From: Bacteroidota bacterium
Lineage (GTDB): Bacteria > Bacteroidota > Ignavibacteria > Kapaibacteriales > Kapaibacteriaceae
NCBI GenBank assembly: GCA_039795225.1
Contig: JBDKEN010000001.1
Coordinates: 21,610 to 85,609 of the forward strand
Direction: 5' to 3'
DNA length: 64,000 nucleotides
In this document: one piece after another, positions 40,276 through 50,670 of the stretch
How positions within the stretch are numbered: position 1 is the stretch's first letter
Layout of the letters: each line of letters starts with the position of its first letter
Made by a program: the position numbers and the translations under genes
Notes under the pieces: model-generated
Told to the model about the DNA's origin: nothing
What the model saw: the letters and a program-made list of their open reading frames with translations, nothing else
The model's database searches: none

Positions 40276-43200
40276 GCTGCACCGCCGTTGGAGATTTCAA
40301 TCGTGACAATACGACGTAGAGTGACGGTATGATATAGAGCGTAAGCAGTGTGGAGATAGCCATTCCGCCAACGACAACCACCCCCATCCCAACTCGACTC
40401 TCGGAGGCTGCGCCAAGTGACAAAGCGATTGGCAATGAACCGAGAATGGTCGCCAGCGATGTCATAAGAATAGGACGGAACCGCAGCGAGGCAGCATCAA
40501 GCGCTGCCTGAATACGATCTGCCCCTTGCTCGAATCGCTGATTCGCAAACTCGACGATCAGAATCCCATTCTTTGTCACCAATCCAATGAGAACGATACA
40601 TCCGATTTGTGAAAAGATGTTCAGCGTGTCACCCGAGATCCAGAGAGAAATCACCGCCCCTGAAAGTGCTAGCGGCACTGTGAGCATGATTGTCAGTGGA
40701 TCGATCCAACTTTCGAACTGTGCTGCGAGAATCAAGTAGACGAGGGCAAGCGCGAGTACAAATGCAAACAGCAGCGACGACGAACTCTCGGCAAAGTCAC
40801 GCGATGCCCCGGTGAGCGCGGTCGAAAAGCGATCGTCCAAGGTCTTTGAGGCTACTTCCTCCATCGCCTTGATACCGTCGGCAATGGTTGCTCCAGGAGC
40901 AAGTCCAGCACTAATGGTCGCGCTGACCGAGCGATTGTACCGATAGAGCTGCGGTGGAACGCTCCGCTCTTGCAGTGTCACAAGATCAACAAGCGGCACC
41001 ATGGCACCCGAGGCTGTCCGCACCGAAATGTCCAACACATCTTCTGGTGTTGCACGTGCAGAGCGCTCCAGTTCTCCGATCACCTGATACTGCTTACCGT
41101 CGCGGACGATATAGCCGTAGCGCTGGCCCGAGAAGCCTGATTGAATGACGGAAGCAATATCAGCCAGATTCACACCCAAGGCACGAGCCTTTGCACGATC
41201 AACCTCGATATCCACCTCAGGCTTGGTGAACTTCAGGTTGACATCCACCACACTAAAGACTGGGTTCTGTTGAGCCTGCTCGAGCACGTTTGGCAACGCC
41301 TCTCGGAGTGACTCGATGTTTGGCGCCATGATCACCACCTGAACGGGCAAGCCCGCACGCTGGCCGGTAGAAATCGTCTGCTCCTGGATGACCAGGGTAC
41401 GAACCTCGGTTGCATCGCGCAGAATCTTTGTCAGCATGGCAGCGATGGCCATTTGTGACCGCCTACGCTCCTCCGGATCTACCAGAATAAGCCTCGCAAA
41501 GCCAGCGTTACTGCCTCCAGAGAGGAAGAATGGTGACGTAACCGTAATGAGGAGTTTCTTCTCCGGAACAGCCGCCTGCACGCGCTGCTGAAGAGAGTCG
41601 ATGATGACATTCATTCGATCGTAGGTGGTGCCTTCGGGAGCCGTCAGATTCATCGTGATCACACTGCGGTCTTCAAGCGGCGCGAGTTCACTTTTGAGCA
41701 TTCCGCCAATACCGAGGAGGGCAACTATCGAGACAAGCATGGCGATGCCTGCTCGAAGGGGGCGACGCACTACAGCATCAACGGAACGGGAATAGGCTGT
41801 TGTCAGCCACACAAAGAATGGCTCGGTGACGCGCACGAGCCAGCCTTCGATGGAAGATCGACGTAGGATTGCCGTGCTCATCATCGGCGTCAGCGTCAGC
41901 GACACAACGGCAGATACAATCACCGAGGAGGCAACAACGAGTCCGAATTCACGGAACAACCGTCCAGTGATTCCCTGCAAGAAGATCACCGGAAGGAATA
42001 CCATCGCCAGCGTGACCGTTGTCGAAATGATCGCAAACGTGATCTCACTCGATCCGTTCTCACCGGCCGAACTCGGATCTTCACCCTCTTCGATACGCTT
42101 GTAGATGTTCTCCATCATCACAATGGCATCATCAACGACAAGCCCCGTGGCAAGAACGATTCCAAGCAACGTCAACAAGTTGATGGAAAATCCAGCCATC
42201 CAGAGGAAGAAGAAGGATGCTACGAGCGAGACCGGGATTGCCACGACAGGAATGATCGTAGCCCTCCATGTGCGGAGAAAGAGGAAGATGATCAGCACCA
42301 CCAGCAGAAAGGCGATCACGAGTGTTTCTTCAACCTCACGGATGGCACCACGGATGAATCGTGTATTATCAAAGGCCACCTTGAGCTCGATACCCTTTGG
42401 CGTCGATGCGAGCAATTGTTGATACCGACGATAGAACTCGTCGGCAATCTCGATCTGGTTTGCACCCGGCTGCGGCGATATCGCCAGAGCAACCATTGGC
42501 ACGCCATCACGCTTAAGAACCGTTCGCTCATTCTCCGCACCAAGATACACGCGGGCCACATCGCTCAACCGAATAACAGCCCCCTGCTCATCACGGAGGA
42601 TCAGATTGAGGAACTCCTCTGCGGTTGCCAGACGTCCGAGTGTTCGCAGTGAGAGTTCCATGGTCGACCCTTCAAGACGACCCGATGGGAGTTCGACATT
42701 CTCACGGGCGAGTACCGCACGCACATCCGTTGGCGTCAGCCCATAGGATACCAGCTTCTTGGGATCCATGATGATGCGCATGGCATACTTGCGCTCACCC
42801 CAGATCGTGATCGATCCTACTCCCGTGATCGTCTGGAGTCGCTCCTTGAGCACATTGGCCGCATAGGCACTGAGTTCCCCCAGAGAACGATCACGTCCCT
42901 GCACGGTCATGACGACCACATTACTGCTGTTGGATTCTGACTTAGCAACGACCGGTGGATCAACGTCGGCAGGGAGCTGTCGTTTTGCACGCTCAACCCG
43001 ATCACGAACGTCATTGGCGGCCTGCTCGAGGTCGCGCTCCAATTCGAACTCAACGGTGATCGTTGATCGACCATCGGCACTGGTTGAGGTCAGCGACCGA
43101 ATTCCGTCGATACCATTGATCGACTCTTCAAGGGGCTCTGTGATTTGTGATTCAACCACATCGGCATTGGCACCGGTGTAGGTGGTCGTGACCGAAATAT

Positions 43201-43330
43201 TCGGTGGATCGACATTGGGAAACTGGCGGATACCAAGAAATGAAGCTCCCACAAGCCCCATCACGACGAGTAGGATGCTAATGACGACTGCGGTAACAGG
43301 ACGCCGGATTGAAAACACGCTGATGTTCAT
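40268..43330 (-). CDS. RND efflux transporter permease (AcrB-like)
   Basis: FSIRRPVTAVVISILLVVMGLVGASFLGIRQFPNVDPPNISVTTTYTGANADVVE; LGIVLATGLVVDDAIVMMENI. Confidence 0.95.
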   Translation of the reverse strand: MNISVFSIRRPVTAVVISILLVVMGLVGASFLGIRQFPNVDPPNISVTTTYTGANADVVESQITEPLEESINGIDGIRSLTSTSADGRSTITVEFELERDLEQAANDVRDRVERAKRQLPADVDPPVVAKSESNSSNVVVMTVQGRDRSLGELSAYAANVLKERLQTITGVGSITIWGERKYAMRIIMDPKKLVSYGLTPTDVRAVLARENVELPSGRLEGSTMELSLRTLGRLATAEEFLNLILRDEQGAVIRLSDVARVYLGAENERTVLKRDGVPMVALAISPQPGANQIEIADEFYRRYQQLLASTPKGIELKVAFDNTRFIRGAIREVEETLVIAFLLVVLIIFLFLRTWRATIIPVVAIPVSLVASFFFLWMAGFSINLLTLLGIVLATGLVVDDAIVMMENIYKRIEEGEDPSSAGENGSSEITFAIISTTVTLAMVFLPVIFLQGITGRLFREFGLVVASSVIVSAVVSLTLTPMMSTAILRRSSIEGWLVRVTEPFFVWLTTAYSRSVDAVVRRPLRAGIAMLVSIVALLGIGGMLKSELAPLEDRSVITMNLTAPEGTTYDRMNVIIDSLQQRVQAAVPEKKLLITVTSPFFLSGGSNAGFARLILVDPEERRRSQMAIAAMLTKILRDATEVRTLVIQEQTISTGQRAGLPVQVVIMAPNIESLREALPNVLEQAQQNPVFSVVDVNLKFTKPEVDIEVDRAKARALGVNLADIASVIQSGFSGQRYGYIVRDGKQYQVIGELERSARATPEDVLDISVRTASGAMVPLVDLVTLQERSVPPQLYRYNRSVSATISAGLAPGATIADGIKAMEEVASKTLDDRFSTALTGASRDFAESSSSLLFAFVLALALVYLILAAQFESWIDPLTIMLTVPLALSGAVISLWISGDTLNIFSQIGCIVLIGLVTKNGILIVEFANQRFEQGADRIQAALDAASLRFRPILMTSLATILGSLPIALSLGAASESRVGMGVVVVGGMAISTLLTLYIIPSLYVVLSRLKSPTAVQHG

Positions 43331-44406
43331 CGTAGGGTCGCCTTGACAGGTTTGCCAGCCTTGACGAACAGAATTCCCGAGGTGATGATGGTATCACCCG
43401 GCGCAACACCCGACAACACCTGCACGTGCGTCATCGTTCGGGCACCGGTCGACACGAGAACTGCTTCAGCACGGCCACCACGAACACGGTAGACGGTGGC
43501 ACCATTCATGTCCTGGACGATGGATTCAGCTGGCAGGAGAAGAGCATCGGTGATTGTTGATCGACGCAGCAAAACATCGGCAAACATCCCGGAGGAGAGA
43601 CCAGCTGCATTCGAGATCCGTGCACGCACTCGTTGCGTGCGAGTGCGCTCATCAAGCACCGGTTCAACAGCCGAGACCGTTGCGACGCGAGAGCTCGTAT
43701 CGGCACTGCGCAGACGCAGACGAAGTGGACTGCCAACACCAACTGTACCGATGTAGCGCTCGGGTACAGCCACATCAATGTTCAGTGCGCCGGCCGATGT
43801 GAGTGTCGTGATCGGTGTGGACGGGCTAACGATGGCGCCGACGCTGATTTGTCGCAATCCGATGATGCCACTGAAAGGGGCTCGCACTTCGGTCTTCGCA
43901 ATCTGAGCATCCAACTCAGCGATTTCGGCCGTCCGCATCGCCACCTGCGCAACTGCGGCCTCAAGTTCTTCCTGCGATACACCATCAACGGCCTTCATTG
44001 CGCGAAGACGCTCGGCACGTTTGGCATCGAGCTGACGCTGCTGCTCGAGTTTCGACCGACGCGCAACGAGATCATCATCAACGAGTTTGACCAGTAGCTG
44101 GCCTGCTCGAACTTGGACCCCTTCGCGGAAGCTGATCGACTTGACACGCCCGGTTATCTCCGTGCGGACATCGATCGATTCATCGGCGACAACTTGACCG
44201 GTCAGGGAAACCTCATCGGTAAACTCCTGCGGCGTGACCACCATCGCCTCAACAGCTGGGGGAAGTTTTCCACCGGGTGGACCTCCGGCCGGCGATGCGC
44301 CCGGGCCCCCGGAGGACGTCAAATCAGCTCCAGAGCGCCATCGAAGCACGCCTGCGACAGCAAGAACGACCAGTCCGACGACAAGGGCAATTTTGCGAGT
44401 ATTCAT
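43327..44406 (-). CDS. RND efflux periplasmic adaptor subunit (membrane fusion protein)
   Basis: VEAMVVTPQEFTDEVSLTGQVVADESIDVRTEITGRVKSISFREGVQVRAGQLLVKL; operon with RND permease and TolC. Confidence 0.93.
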   Translation of the reverse strand: MNTRKIALVVGLVVLAVAGVLRWRSGADLTSSGGPGASPAGGPPGGKLPPAVEAMVVTPQEFTDEVSLTGQVVADESIDVRTEITGRVKSISFREGVQVRAGQLLVKLVDDDLVARRSKLEQQRQLDAKRAERLRAMKAVDGVSQEELEAAVAQVAMRTAEIAELDAQIAKTEVRAPFSGIIGLRQISVGAIVSPSTPITTLTSAGALNIDVAVPERYIGTVGVGSPLRLRLRSADTSSRVATVSAVEPVLDERTRTQRVRARISNAAGLSSGMFADVLLRRSTITDALLLPAESIVQDMNGATVYRVRGGRAEAVLVSTGARTMTHVQVLSGVAPGDTIITSGILFVKAGKPVKATLR

Positions 44407-44410
44407 TCTG

Positions 44411-44418
44411 CAAACTTC
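44411..44418 (-). promoter_or_regulatory. Putative -7 element GAAGTTTG, 12 nt from RND adaptor ATG
   Basis: GAAGTTTG-CAGA-ATG on minus strand. Confidence 0.45.
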
Positions 44419-44435
44419 GGCAAATTTTCCCATGC

Positions 44436-44443
44436 TATTTTTG
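44436..44443 (+). promoter_or_regulatory. Putative -7 element TATTTTTG for HMA protein gene (~60-nt 5' UTR)
   Basis: Exact TAnnTTTG in the divergent intergenic region. Confidence 0.45.
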
Positions 44444-44507
44444 CGCCTGCTTCGTCTTGGTCTGCGCCCAAGGTTGATTCTTTCACCACGCTTCGAGGAT
44501 TAGCACG

Positions 44508-44843
44508 ATGCGAACATGTCTCCTGGTTATTGCCACCCTGCTCCTGCCACTTACGTTGCTTGCAGCGGAACAAAAAGTCACCCTGAAAGTTGCCGGCAAC
44601 TGCGGCTCCTGCAAAAAGCGAATCGTCAAGGCCGCTGAGTCGATCGACGGTGTGAGCGACGCTGCATGGGATAAGAAGACGAAGACCTTCACCGCTGTCT
44701 ATGACGACGCAAAAGCTACACCTGAAGCAATCAAGAAGGCTATCGCTGCCGCTGGATACGACGCAGAAGACGTCAAGGGCAACGATGAGGCCTACAGCAA
44801 GCTTCCAGACTGCTGCCGATATCGTGACGGATCACACGATTGA
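44508..44843 (+). CDS. Secreted/periplasmic heavy-metal-associated (HMA) domain protein
   Basis: Signal peptide MRTCLLVIATLLLPLTLLAAEQ; HMA motif VAGNCGSCKKRIVKAAESIDGVSDAAWDKKTKTFTAVYD; extra C-terminal CC. Confidence 0.85.
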   Translation: MRTCLLVIATLLLPLTLLAAEQKVTLKVAGNCGSCKKRIVKAAESIDGVSDAAWDKKTKTFTAVYDDAKATPEAIKKAIAAAGYDAEDVKGNDEAYSKLPDCCRYRDGSHD

Positions 44844-44860
44844 AGACTGGGTATCCAACG

Positions 44861-44951
44861 ACCAATTACAAATGACCAATGACAAAGTACAATTGGCCAA
44901 TGACGAATGACCAATGACGAATGACCAGTGACGAATGACCAATGACGAGTG
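44861..44951 (-). repeat. 7-bp tandem array G (ACCAATG/ACGAATG, 13 units)
   Basis: ACCAATT ACAAATG ACCAATG ACAAAGT ACAATTG GCCAATG ACGAATG ACCAATG ACGAATG ACCAGTG ACGAATG ACCAATG ACGAGTG. Confidence 0.9.
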
Positions 44952-44978
44952 GAGTCTCGCATCGGCGGGAACGAAGAA

Positions 44979-45013
44979 CACCTCACACCTCACACCCCAA
45001 ACCTGAAACCTGT
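44979..45013 (-). repeat. 7-bp tandem array G2 (CACCTCA/CACCCCA/AACCTGA, 5 units) ending 3 bp before gcvP ATG
   Basis: CACCTCA CACCTCA CACCCCA AACCTGA AACCTGT. Confidence 0.75.
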
Positions 45014-45016
45014 TCC

Positions 45017-47875
45017 ATGCATCGCGACATTTTTGAACATCGCCACCACGGACTTTCACAATCTGACATTCAGGCCATGCTGGCTGCTGTTGATGCATCG
45101 AGCATCGACCAGCTTGTTGAGCAGACCGTACCGTCGCAGATCCGGCTTGAGAAGCCCCTTGACCTGCCGTTGCCGCTGACGGAGATCGAGATGCTTGCCG
45201 AATTGAAGTCGATCGCAGCCACCAACTCGGTTGCTCGGTCCTACATCGGCATGGGGTATTATGACACGGTCACACCGCCTGTGATTCTCCGAAACCTCAT
45301 CGAGAATCCAGGATGGTACACGCAGTACACGCCCTACCAGGCAGAGATTGCGCAGGGCCGTTTGGAAAGCCTGTTGAACTTCCAGACGCTGGTGACAGAC
45401 CTGACCAAGATGGATATTGCCGGGGCTTCGCTACTCGACGAAGGCACGGCTGCAGCTGAAGCCATGCATATGACATTCGCTGCGCGCGGCGCGGCGGTGA
45501 AGTCGGCAAACACAATGTTCGTCGACGCAAATGTCTTCCCGCAAACCCTGGAGGTGATTCGCACTCGTGCAACACCATTGGGAATCAACGTTGTTGTCGG
45601 CGATTGGAAGAGCGTCGAGTTTGATGGTACAATTTTCGGTGCCTATGTCCAGTACCCAGCTGGCGACGGTTCTGTTGAAGACTACACGGCGTTCTGTGAG
45701 CGAGCTCATGCAGGGGGCGCGTTGGTAACAGTCGGTACGGACCTCATGGCCCTGACGCATCTCACACCACCGGGTGAGTTTGGTGCAGACGTCGCTGTCG
45801 GCACAGCGCAACGATTGGGCGTGCCATTGGGATATGGTGGACCGCATGCAGCCTTCTTGGCAACGCGTGAGGCATACAAGCGTATCATTCCGGGTCGCAT
45901 TATTGGCGTCAGCGTCGATGCTCAAGGGAATCTGGCTCTGCGCATGGCCCTGCAAACGCGTGAGCAACACATCCGTCGTGACAAGGCGACGTCGAACATT
46001 TGTACGGCGCAGGCGTTGCTGGCAAATGTCTCGGCGATGTATGCCGTGTATCACGGTCCTGATGGACTGCGTGGCATCGCCCATCGTATTCACACGCTCA
46101 CCTCAGCGCTGGCCTCGGGGCTCACATCCCTCGGGTATAGCACCTGTAACATTTCATGGTTTGACACGCTGTGCGTCTGTGCTGATCCAGCTGCTGTGCG
46201 CGCAGTCTTTGAGCCACGGCTTATCAATCTGCGCTACCGCACAGATTGTGCGTGCGTTGGTGTTTCGCTTGACGAGACGACAACGGTTCCCGATGTACAA
46301 GACATCCTTGATGCCTTTGCAGCCGTCAAGGGAGCTTCGGCACCTCATGTTGCCGATCTTCTGCACACGGCGACGAGCGGCCTCCCGGCCTCACTCGTGC
46401 GGACCTCGAGCTATCTCACACATCCGGTATTTAACAGTTATCACACCGAACACGAGATGCTACGCTACATGAAGCGTCTCGAGAACAAAGACCTGTCTCT
46501 CACGCATTCGATGATCTCCCTGGGCTCGTGCACCATGAAGCTCAACGCAACGGCGGAGATGATCCCAATCACCTGGCCTGAGTTCAATCGTATTCATCCA
46601 TTTGCGCCCCTCTCACAGACGCAGGGGTATCAGCGCATTTTCTCTGAGCTGAGCACATGGCTGAATGAAATCACAGGATTTGATGCATGCTCCCTGCAGC
46701 CGAATGCAGGTGCACAGGGCGAGTATGCTGGACTATTGGCAATCCGCGGATTCCATCATGCACGGGGCGAGCAGCACCGCAATGTGGTGCTTATCCCCTC
46801 GTCTGCCCATGGCACCAATCCAGCGTCGGCCGTCATGGCCGGCATGAAGGTTGTTGTCGTCAAGAGCGATGCTCATGGTCATGTCGACGTCGATGATCTG
46901 CGCGCACAGGCAGAAGCAAACTCGGCGAATCTTGCAGCGCTGATGGTAACATACCCGTCAACGCACGGCGTATTTGAGGAGGCCATCAAGGACATCTGCG
47001 CCATTGTGCATCAGCACGGTGGACGTGTTTACATGGACGGAGCAAACATGAATGCCCAGGTGGGCTTGACGTCACCACGCGCCATCGGCGCTGATGTATG
47101 CCACCTCAACCTCCACAAGACGTTCTGTATTCCACACGGAGGGGGCGGTCCAGGAATGGGTCCGATCTGCTGCACGGCAGAGCTCGCCCCGTACCTGCCA
47201 TCACATCCCGTCATCAACCCGATCGATGTCGAGCATGTCGGGCCGGTATCCGCTGCTCCTTGGGGCTCGGCATCCATTCTGCTCATCTCATGGGCATACA
47301 TCCGGATGATGGGCGGTGAAGGTCTGACGAATGCAACCAAGCGTGCTATTCTGAATGCGAACTACATCAAGAGTCGCATCGAACAGCATTATCCGATCCT
47401 CTATACCGGCACAAACGGACGCTGCGCCCACGAGATGATCGTGGACCTGCGCGAGTTCAAGCAGCGCGGTGGCATCGAAGCAGAAGATGTTGCAAAGCGC
47501 ATGATGGACTACGGATACCACGCGCCGACACTCAGCTTCCCTGTCCCAGGCACGATCATGATCGAGCCCACAGAGAGCGAGAGCAAGGCCGAACTGGACC
47601 GGTTCATCGAAATGCTCCTTTCCATTCGTACCGAAATTGAGAGTGTGTGCAGTGGCGCAATTGATGCCAAGGACAACCCGCTCAAGAATGCCCCGCACAC
47701 CATGTTCGTTGTCACTGCCGATACGTGGGAACACACGTACTCACGTCAGACTGCCGCATTCCCACTTCCATGGGTGCGTGATCGGAAGTTCTGGCCATCC
47801 ATCGGCCGGGTCGACAACGCTCATGGCGATCGCGTGCTCATTTGCACGTGTCCGTCGATCGAAGAATACGCGTGA
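45017..47875 (+). CDS. gcvP: Glycine dehydrogenase (aminomethyl-transferring), single-chain P-protein
   Basis: [82 protein letters not shown]. Confidence 0.96.
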   Translation: MHRDIFEHRHHGLSQSDIQAMLAAVDASSIDQLVEQTVPSQIRLEKPLDLPLPLTEIEMLAELKSIAATNSVARSYIGMGYYDTVTPPVILRNLIENPGWYTQYTPYQAEIAQGRLESLLNFQTLVTDLTKMDIAGASLLDEGTAAAEAMHMTFAARGAAVKSANTMFVDANVFPQTLEVIRTRATPLGINVVVGDWKSVEFDGTIFGAYVQYPAGDGSVEDYTAFCERAHAGGALVTVGTDLMALTHLTPPGEFGADVAVGTAQRLGVPLGYGGPHAAFLATREAYKRIIPGRIIGVSVDAQGNLALRMALQTREQHIRRDKATSNICTAQALLANVSAMYAVYHGPDGLRGIAHRIHTLTSALASGLTSLGYSTCNISWFDTLCVCADPAAVRAVFEPRLINLRYRTDCACVGVSLDETTTVPDVQDILDAFAAVKGASAPHVADLLHTATSGLPASLVRTSSYLTHPVFNSYHTEHEMLRYMKRLENKDLSLTHSMISLGSCTMKLNATAEMIPITWPEFNRIHPFAPLSQTQGYQRIFSELSTWLNEITGFDACSLQPNAGAQGEYAGLLAIRGFHHARGEQHRNVVLIPSSAHGTNPASAVMAGMKVVVVKSDAHGHVDVDDLRAQAEANSANLAALMVTYPSTHGVFEEAIKDICAIVHQHGGRVYMDGANMNAQVGLTSPRAIGADVCHLNLHKTFCIPHGGGGPGMGPICCTAELAPYLPSHPVINPIDVEHVGPVSAAPWGSASILLISWAYIRMMGGEGLTNATKRAILNANYIKSRIEQHYPILYTGTNGRCAHEMIVDLREFKQRGGIEAEDVAKRMMDYGYHAPTLSFPVPGTIMIEPTESESKAELDRFIEMLLSIRTEIESVCSGAIDAKDNPLKNAPHTMFVVTADTWEHTYSRQTAAFPLPWVRDRKFWPSIGRVDNAHGDRVLICTCPSIEEYA

Positions 47876-47880
47876 GTTTG

Positions 47881-47957
47881 GGTACTGGGTACGAAGTACA
47901 AATGACGAAGTACGAAGTACCAATGACGAAGTACGAAGTACCAATGACGAAGTACTT
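47881..47957 (-). repeat. 7-bp tandem array H (11 units)
   Basis: GGTACTG GGTACGA AGTACAA ATGACGA AGTACGA AGTACCA ATGACGA AGTACGA AGTACCA ATGACGA AGTACTT. Confidence 0.9.
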
Positions 47958-47972
47958 TGCTTGGGTTTGGTG

Positions 47973-47992
47973 TCCTGCCTTCGCGGGCATGG
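47973..47992. repeat. Short REP-like imperfect palindrome TCCTGCCTTCGCGGGCATGG
   Basis: Resembles the CCTGCCTTCGCGGGCATGA core common in bacterial intergenic repeats; lies between arrays H and I. Confidence 0.4.
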
Positions 47993-48083
47993 TTATGGCG
48001 TTCCAGGTTCAACCGTAATAGCGTAGTTCCCGAACTCTGTGGATCGCTACATACTTGCTCATGCAAGCGTACCTGGTCATAAG

Positions 48084-48160
48084 TAATTCGTCCTTGGTAA
48101 TTCGTCCTTGGTAATTCGTCCTTGGTAACTCGTCCTTGGTGATCCGTCATCGGTAATTCC
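48084..48160 (+). repeat. 7-bp tandem array I (11 units)
   Basis: TAATTCG TCCTTGG TAATTCG TCCTTGG TAATTCG TCCTTGG TAACTCG TCCTTGG TGATCCG TCATCGG TAATTCC. Confidence 0.9.
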
Positions 48161-48175
48161 ATAACTCTGCAATCC

Positions 48176-50617
48176 ATGAGCGAATTGCCGATCAACTCCG
48201 TTCTGCCCGACATCTGCGACGTGCTTGCGCGGAATGTGCCGTGCATCCTTGAGGCGCCCCCTGGGGCGGGCAAAACGACGATGGTGCCGCTGGCGCTGAT
48301 CAACCAGGCGTGGCTGCAGGGCAAGAAGATCGTAATGCTCGAGCCACGGCGTCTGGCAGCGAAGGCTGCGGCGCGGCGGATGGCATCGCTGCTGGGAGAG
48401 CAGGTTGGACAGACCGTTGGCTACAGGATGCGCATGGAGTCGGCGATCAGTGAGGCCACGCGCATCGAAGTGGTGACCGAAGGCGTGCTTACACGACAGT
48501 TGGCGCGTGATCCAGAGCTACGTGGTGTTGGACTCGTGATCTTTGATGAGTTTCACGAGCGGTCGTTGAATGCTGATACGGGGCTTGCGCTCACGCTCAC
48601 AACACGTGCACTGCTCAGAAGCGACCTACACGTATTGGTGATGTCGGCAACAATTGGGTCGCTAAACTTTACGACGATCATGCCGGACGCCGAGCGCGTT
48701 ACGAGTCTCGGTCGGACATTCCCGGTCGAGACAACCTATCTGCGTAGTGCGTCTGACAAGCCCCTTCATGAACTCATGGCTGCCGCCGTGCGTGATGCTA
48801 TCCGCGATGACGCCGGCGATATTCTCTGTTTCTTACCGGGTCAGGCCGAAATCCGCCGCACGCAGGAGGTCCTTCTTGGTAGGCCCGAAGCGCTTGACGG
48901 TGCGGAGGTGATGATCCTGCATGGTGAGCTTGCGGCCGATGCGCAGGACGCTGTGCTGCGGCCCGCGTCGCGGATTCGGCGCGTGATCCTGTCGACGGCC
49001 ATTGCCGAAACATCGCTCACGATCGACGGCGTGCGGACAGTTATCGACGCTGGACGCTCGAGGGAGCCCCGTTTCGATCCACGATCGGGAATGACCCATC
49101 TGACAACGGTGAGTGTGTCAAGGGATGCTGCCGAACAACGTGCTGGGCGTGCAGGACGCACCGCAGCCGGACGCTGCATTCGGCTGTGGACGGAAAGGGA
49201 GCACGACCAGCTGCCGGAGCGCCGAACAAGTGAGATCCTTGTAGCCGACTGTTCGAGTCTGATTCTCGAGGTAGCCAGTTTTGGCGTGGAGATCTCGGAT
49301 CTGCCGTGGCTTGAGCAGCCCCCTGCCGGAAATGTAGCACAGGGACGTGAGCTCCTGCGTCAGCTGGGAGCACTCGATACGTCAAACAGCATCACTCCGC
49401 ACGGACGCGATTTGCTGCGCTATGGCACGCACCCGCGCATCGCCCATATGTTGGTGCGCTCGAGAGCGGTTGGTATCGAATGGGTCCGCGCATCAGGCAT
49501 TGCCGCTATCATCGGTGAGCGCGATCTCCTCAAAGGCGAGCGGTTGAGTGATGTACGCCGACGTCTTGATGTGTTGCAAGGGGCGAACGATCCGCACGCC
49601 GACCGTGCAGCCATTATGCACGCCCGCAAACGTCAGCAGGCGCTACGCAAGCCGCATGACGCATCGATTGAACGGCTGAGAGTTCCAGAGGATGACATCG
49701 AGGGAGTCCTCATTGCCCTTGCTTACCCCGAGCGCCTTGCACGCAGCAAAGGAGACGGACGATTCCTTCTTCGAAATGGTCGCAGTGTTACCATTATGCA
49801 GGCCGATCCACTGGCACGCTCCGAGTGGCTGGCCGTGGCGGACCTGGATGGAACAGCTGCCGAGCCGCGCATCTCCATAGCGGCCCCGCTCAGTCTCGAA
49901 AGCGTGCGAATAGTTTTTGCCGATGATTTCACGACACACGTTGAAACAGGTTGGAACGACCGTGATGGTCGTATTGTGGCGCGCACGGCAAGCATGCTCG
50001 GCGCAATCGTTGTTGAAACCAAAGCAAATGCCAATGCCGATCCACAGGATCTTGCAGCGGCATTTGCACGAGAGCTCGCACGACGCGGCATCGAGAGGAT
50101 GCCATGGGACGAACGGGCTCAGCGACTTCGTGATCGCATAACATTCACACGTCAGCATACGGGGGCCGAACTCCCCGAGATGTCTGACGAGATGCTGTCG
50201 CAATCCGTTGAGCAGTGGCTCGCACCGCATCTTATTGGGATGCGCTCACTTGCCGACCTGCAGAAGCTCGACCTGGTGCGCCTTCTTCAGGACATGCTCA
50301 CGCGCGAGCAGAGAACCCTTGTTGATCGATGTGCCCCCGAATTGTACAAGCCTCCCAAAGGCCGCGAGGTGGCCATTGATTACTCCAATCCTGATCAGCC
50401 CCTTGCCGCCGTCCGACTCCAGTTCATGCTCGGCGTTAAGCGCACTCCGACGGTGGCCAACGGTAACGTTCCACTCACTCTCGAGCTTCTTTCACCCGCC
50501 GACAGGCCCATCCAGAAGACTCGCGACCTCGCTGGCTTTTGGAGTGGGTCATATCAGTCGGTACGAAAGGAGATGAAGGGGCGGTATCCAAAGCACGACT
50601 GGCCCGAGACTCCGTAA
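48176..50617 (+). CDS. hrpB: ATP-dependent helicase HrpB
   Basis: LEAPPGAGKTTMVPLAL, GLVIFDEFHERSLNADTGLAL, RAGRTAAGRCIRLW, C-terminal FWSGSYQSVRKEMKGRYPKHDWPETP. Confidence 0.93.
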   Translation: MSELPINSVLPDICDVLARNVPCILEAPPGAGKTTMVPLALINQAWLQGKKIVMLEPRRLAAKAAARRMASLLGEQVGQTVGYRMRMESAISEATRIEVVTEGVLTRQLARDPELRGVGLVIFDEFHERSLNADTGLALTLTTRALLRSDLHVLVMSATIGSLNFTTIMPDAERVTSLGRTFPVETTYLRSASDKPLHELMAAAVRDAIRDDAGDILCFLPGQAEIRRTQEVLLGRPEALDGAEVMILHGELAADAQDAVLRPASRIRRVILSTAIAETSLTIDGVRTVIDAGRSREPRFDPRSGMTHLTTVSVSRDAAEQRAGRAGRTAAGRCIRLWTEREHDQLPERRTSEILVADCSSLILEVASFGVEISDLPWLEQPPAGNVAQGRELLRQLGALDTSNSITPHGRDLLRYGTHPRIAHMLVRSRAVGIEWVRASGIAAIIGERDLLKGERLSDVRRRLDVLQGANDPHADRAAIMHARKRQQALRKPHDASIERLRVPEDDIEGVLIALAYPERLARSKGDGRFLLRNGRSVTIMQADPLARSEWLAVADLDGTAAEPRISIAAPLSLESVRIVFADDFTTHVETGWNDRDGRIVARTASMLGAIVVETKANANADPQDLAAAFARELARRGIERMPWDERAQRLRDRITFTRQHTGAELPEMSDEMLSQSVEQWLAPHLIGMRSLADLQKLDLVRLLQDMLTREQRTLVDRCAPELYKPPKGREVAIDYSNPDQPLAAVRLQFMLGVKRTPTVANGNVPLTLELLSPADRPIQKTRDLAGFWSGSYQSVRKEMKGRYPKHDWPETP

Positions 50618-50670
50618 TGTTGCGGTGCGTAGATTGCGCCATTGATTCTCCGCACCAGAGGTCACGAAGT

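Noticed and set aside
34389-44990. Numerous long antisense ORFs (for example 35651-36295, 38058-38783, 44113-44586)
   Set aside because: They are fully contained opposite strongly supported genes (metalloprotease, fumC, RND adaptor) and are explained by codon usage in GC-rich DNA.
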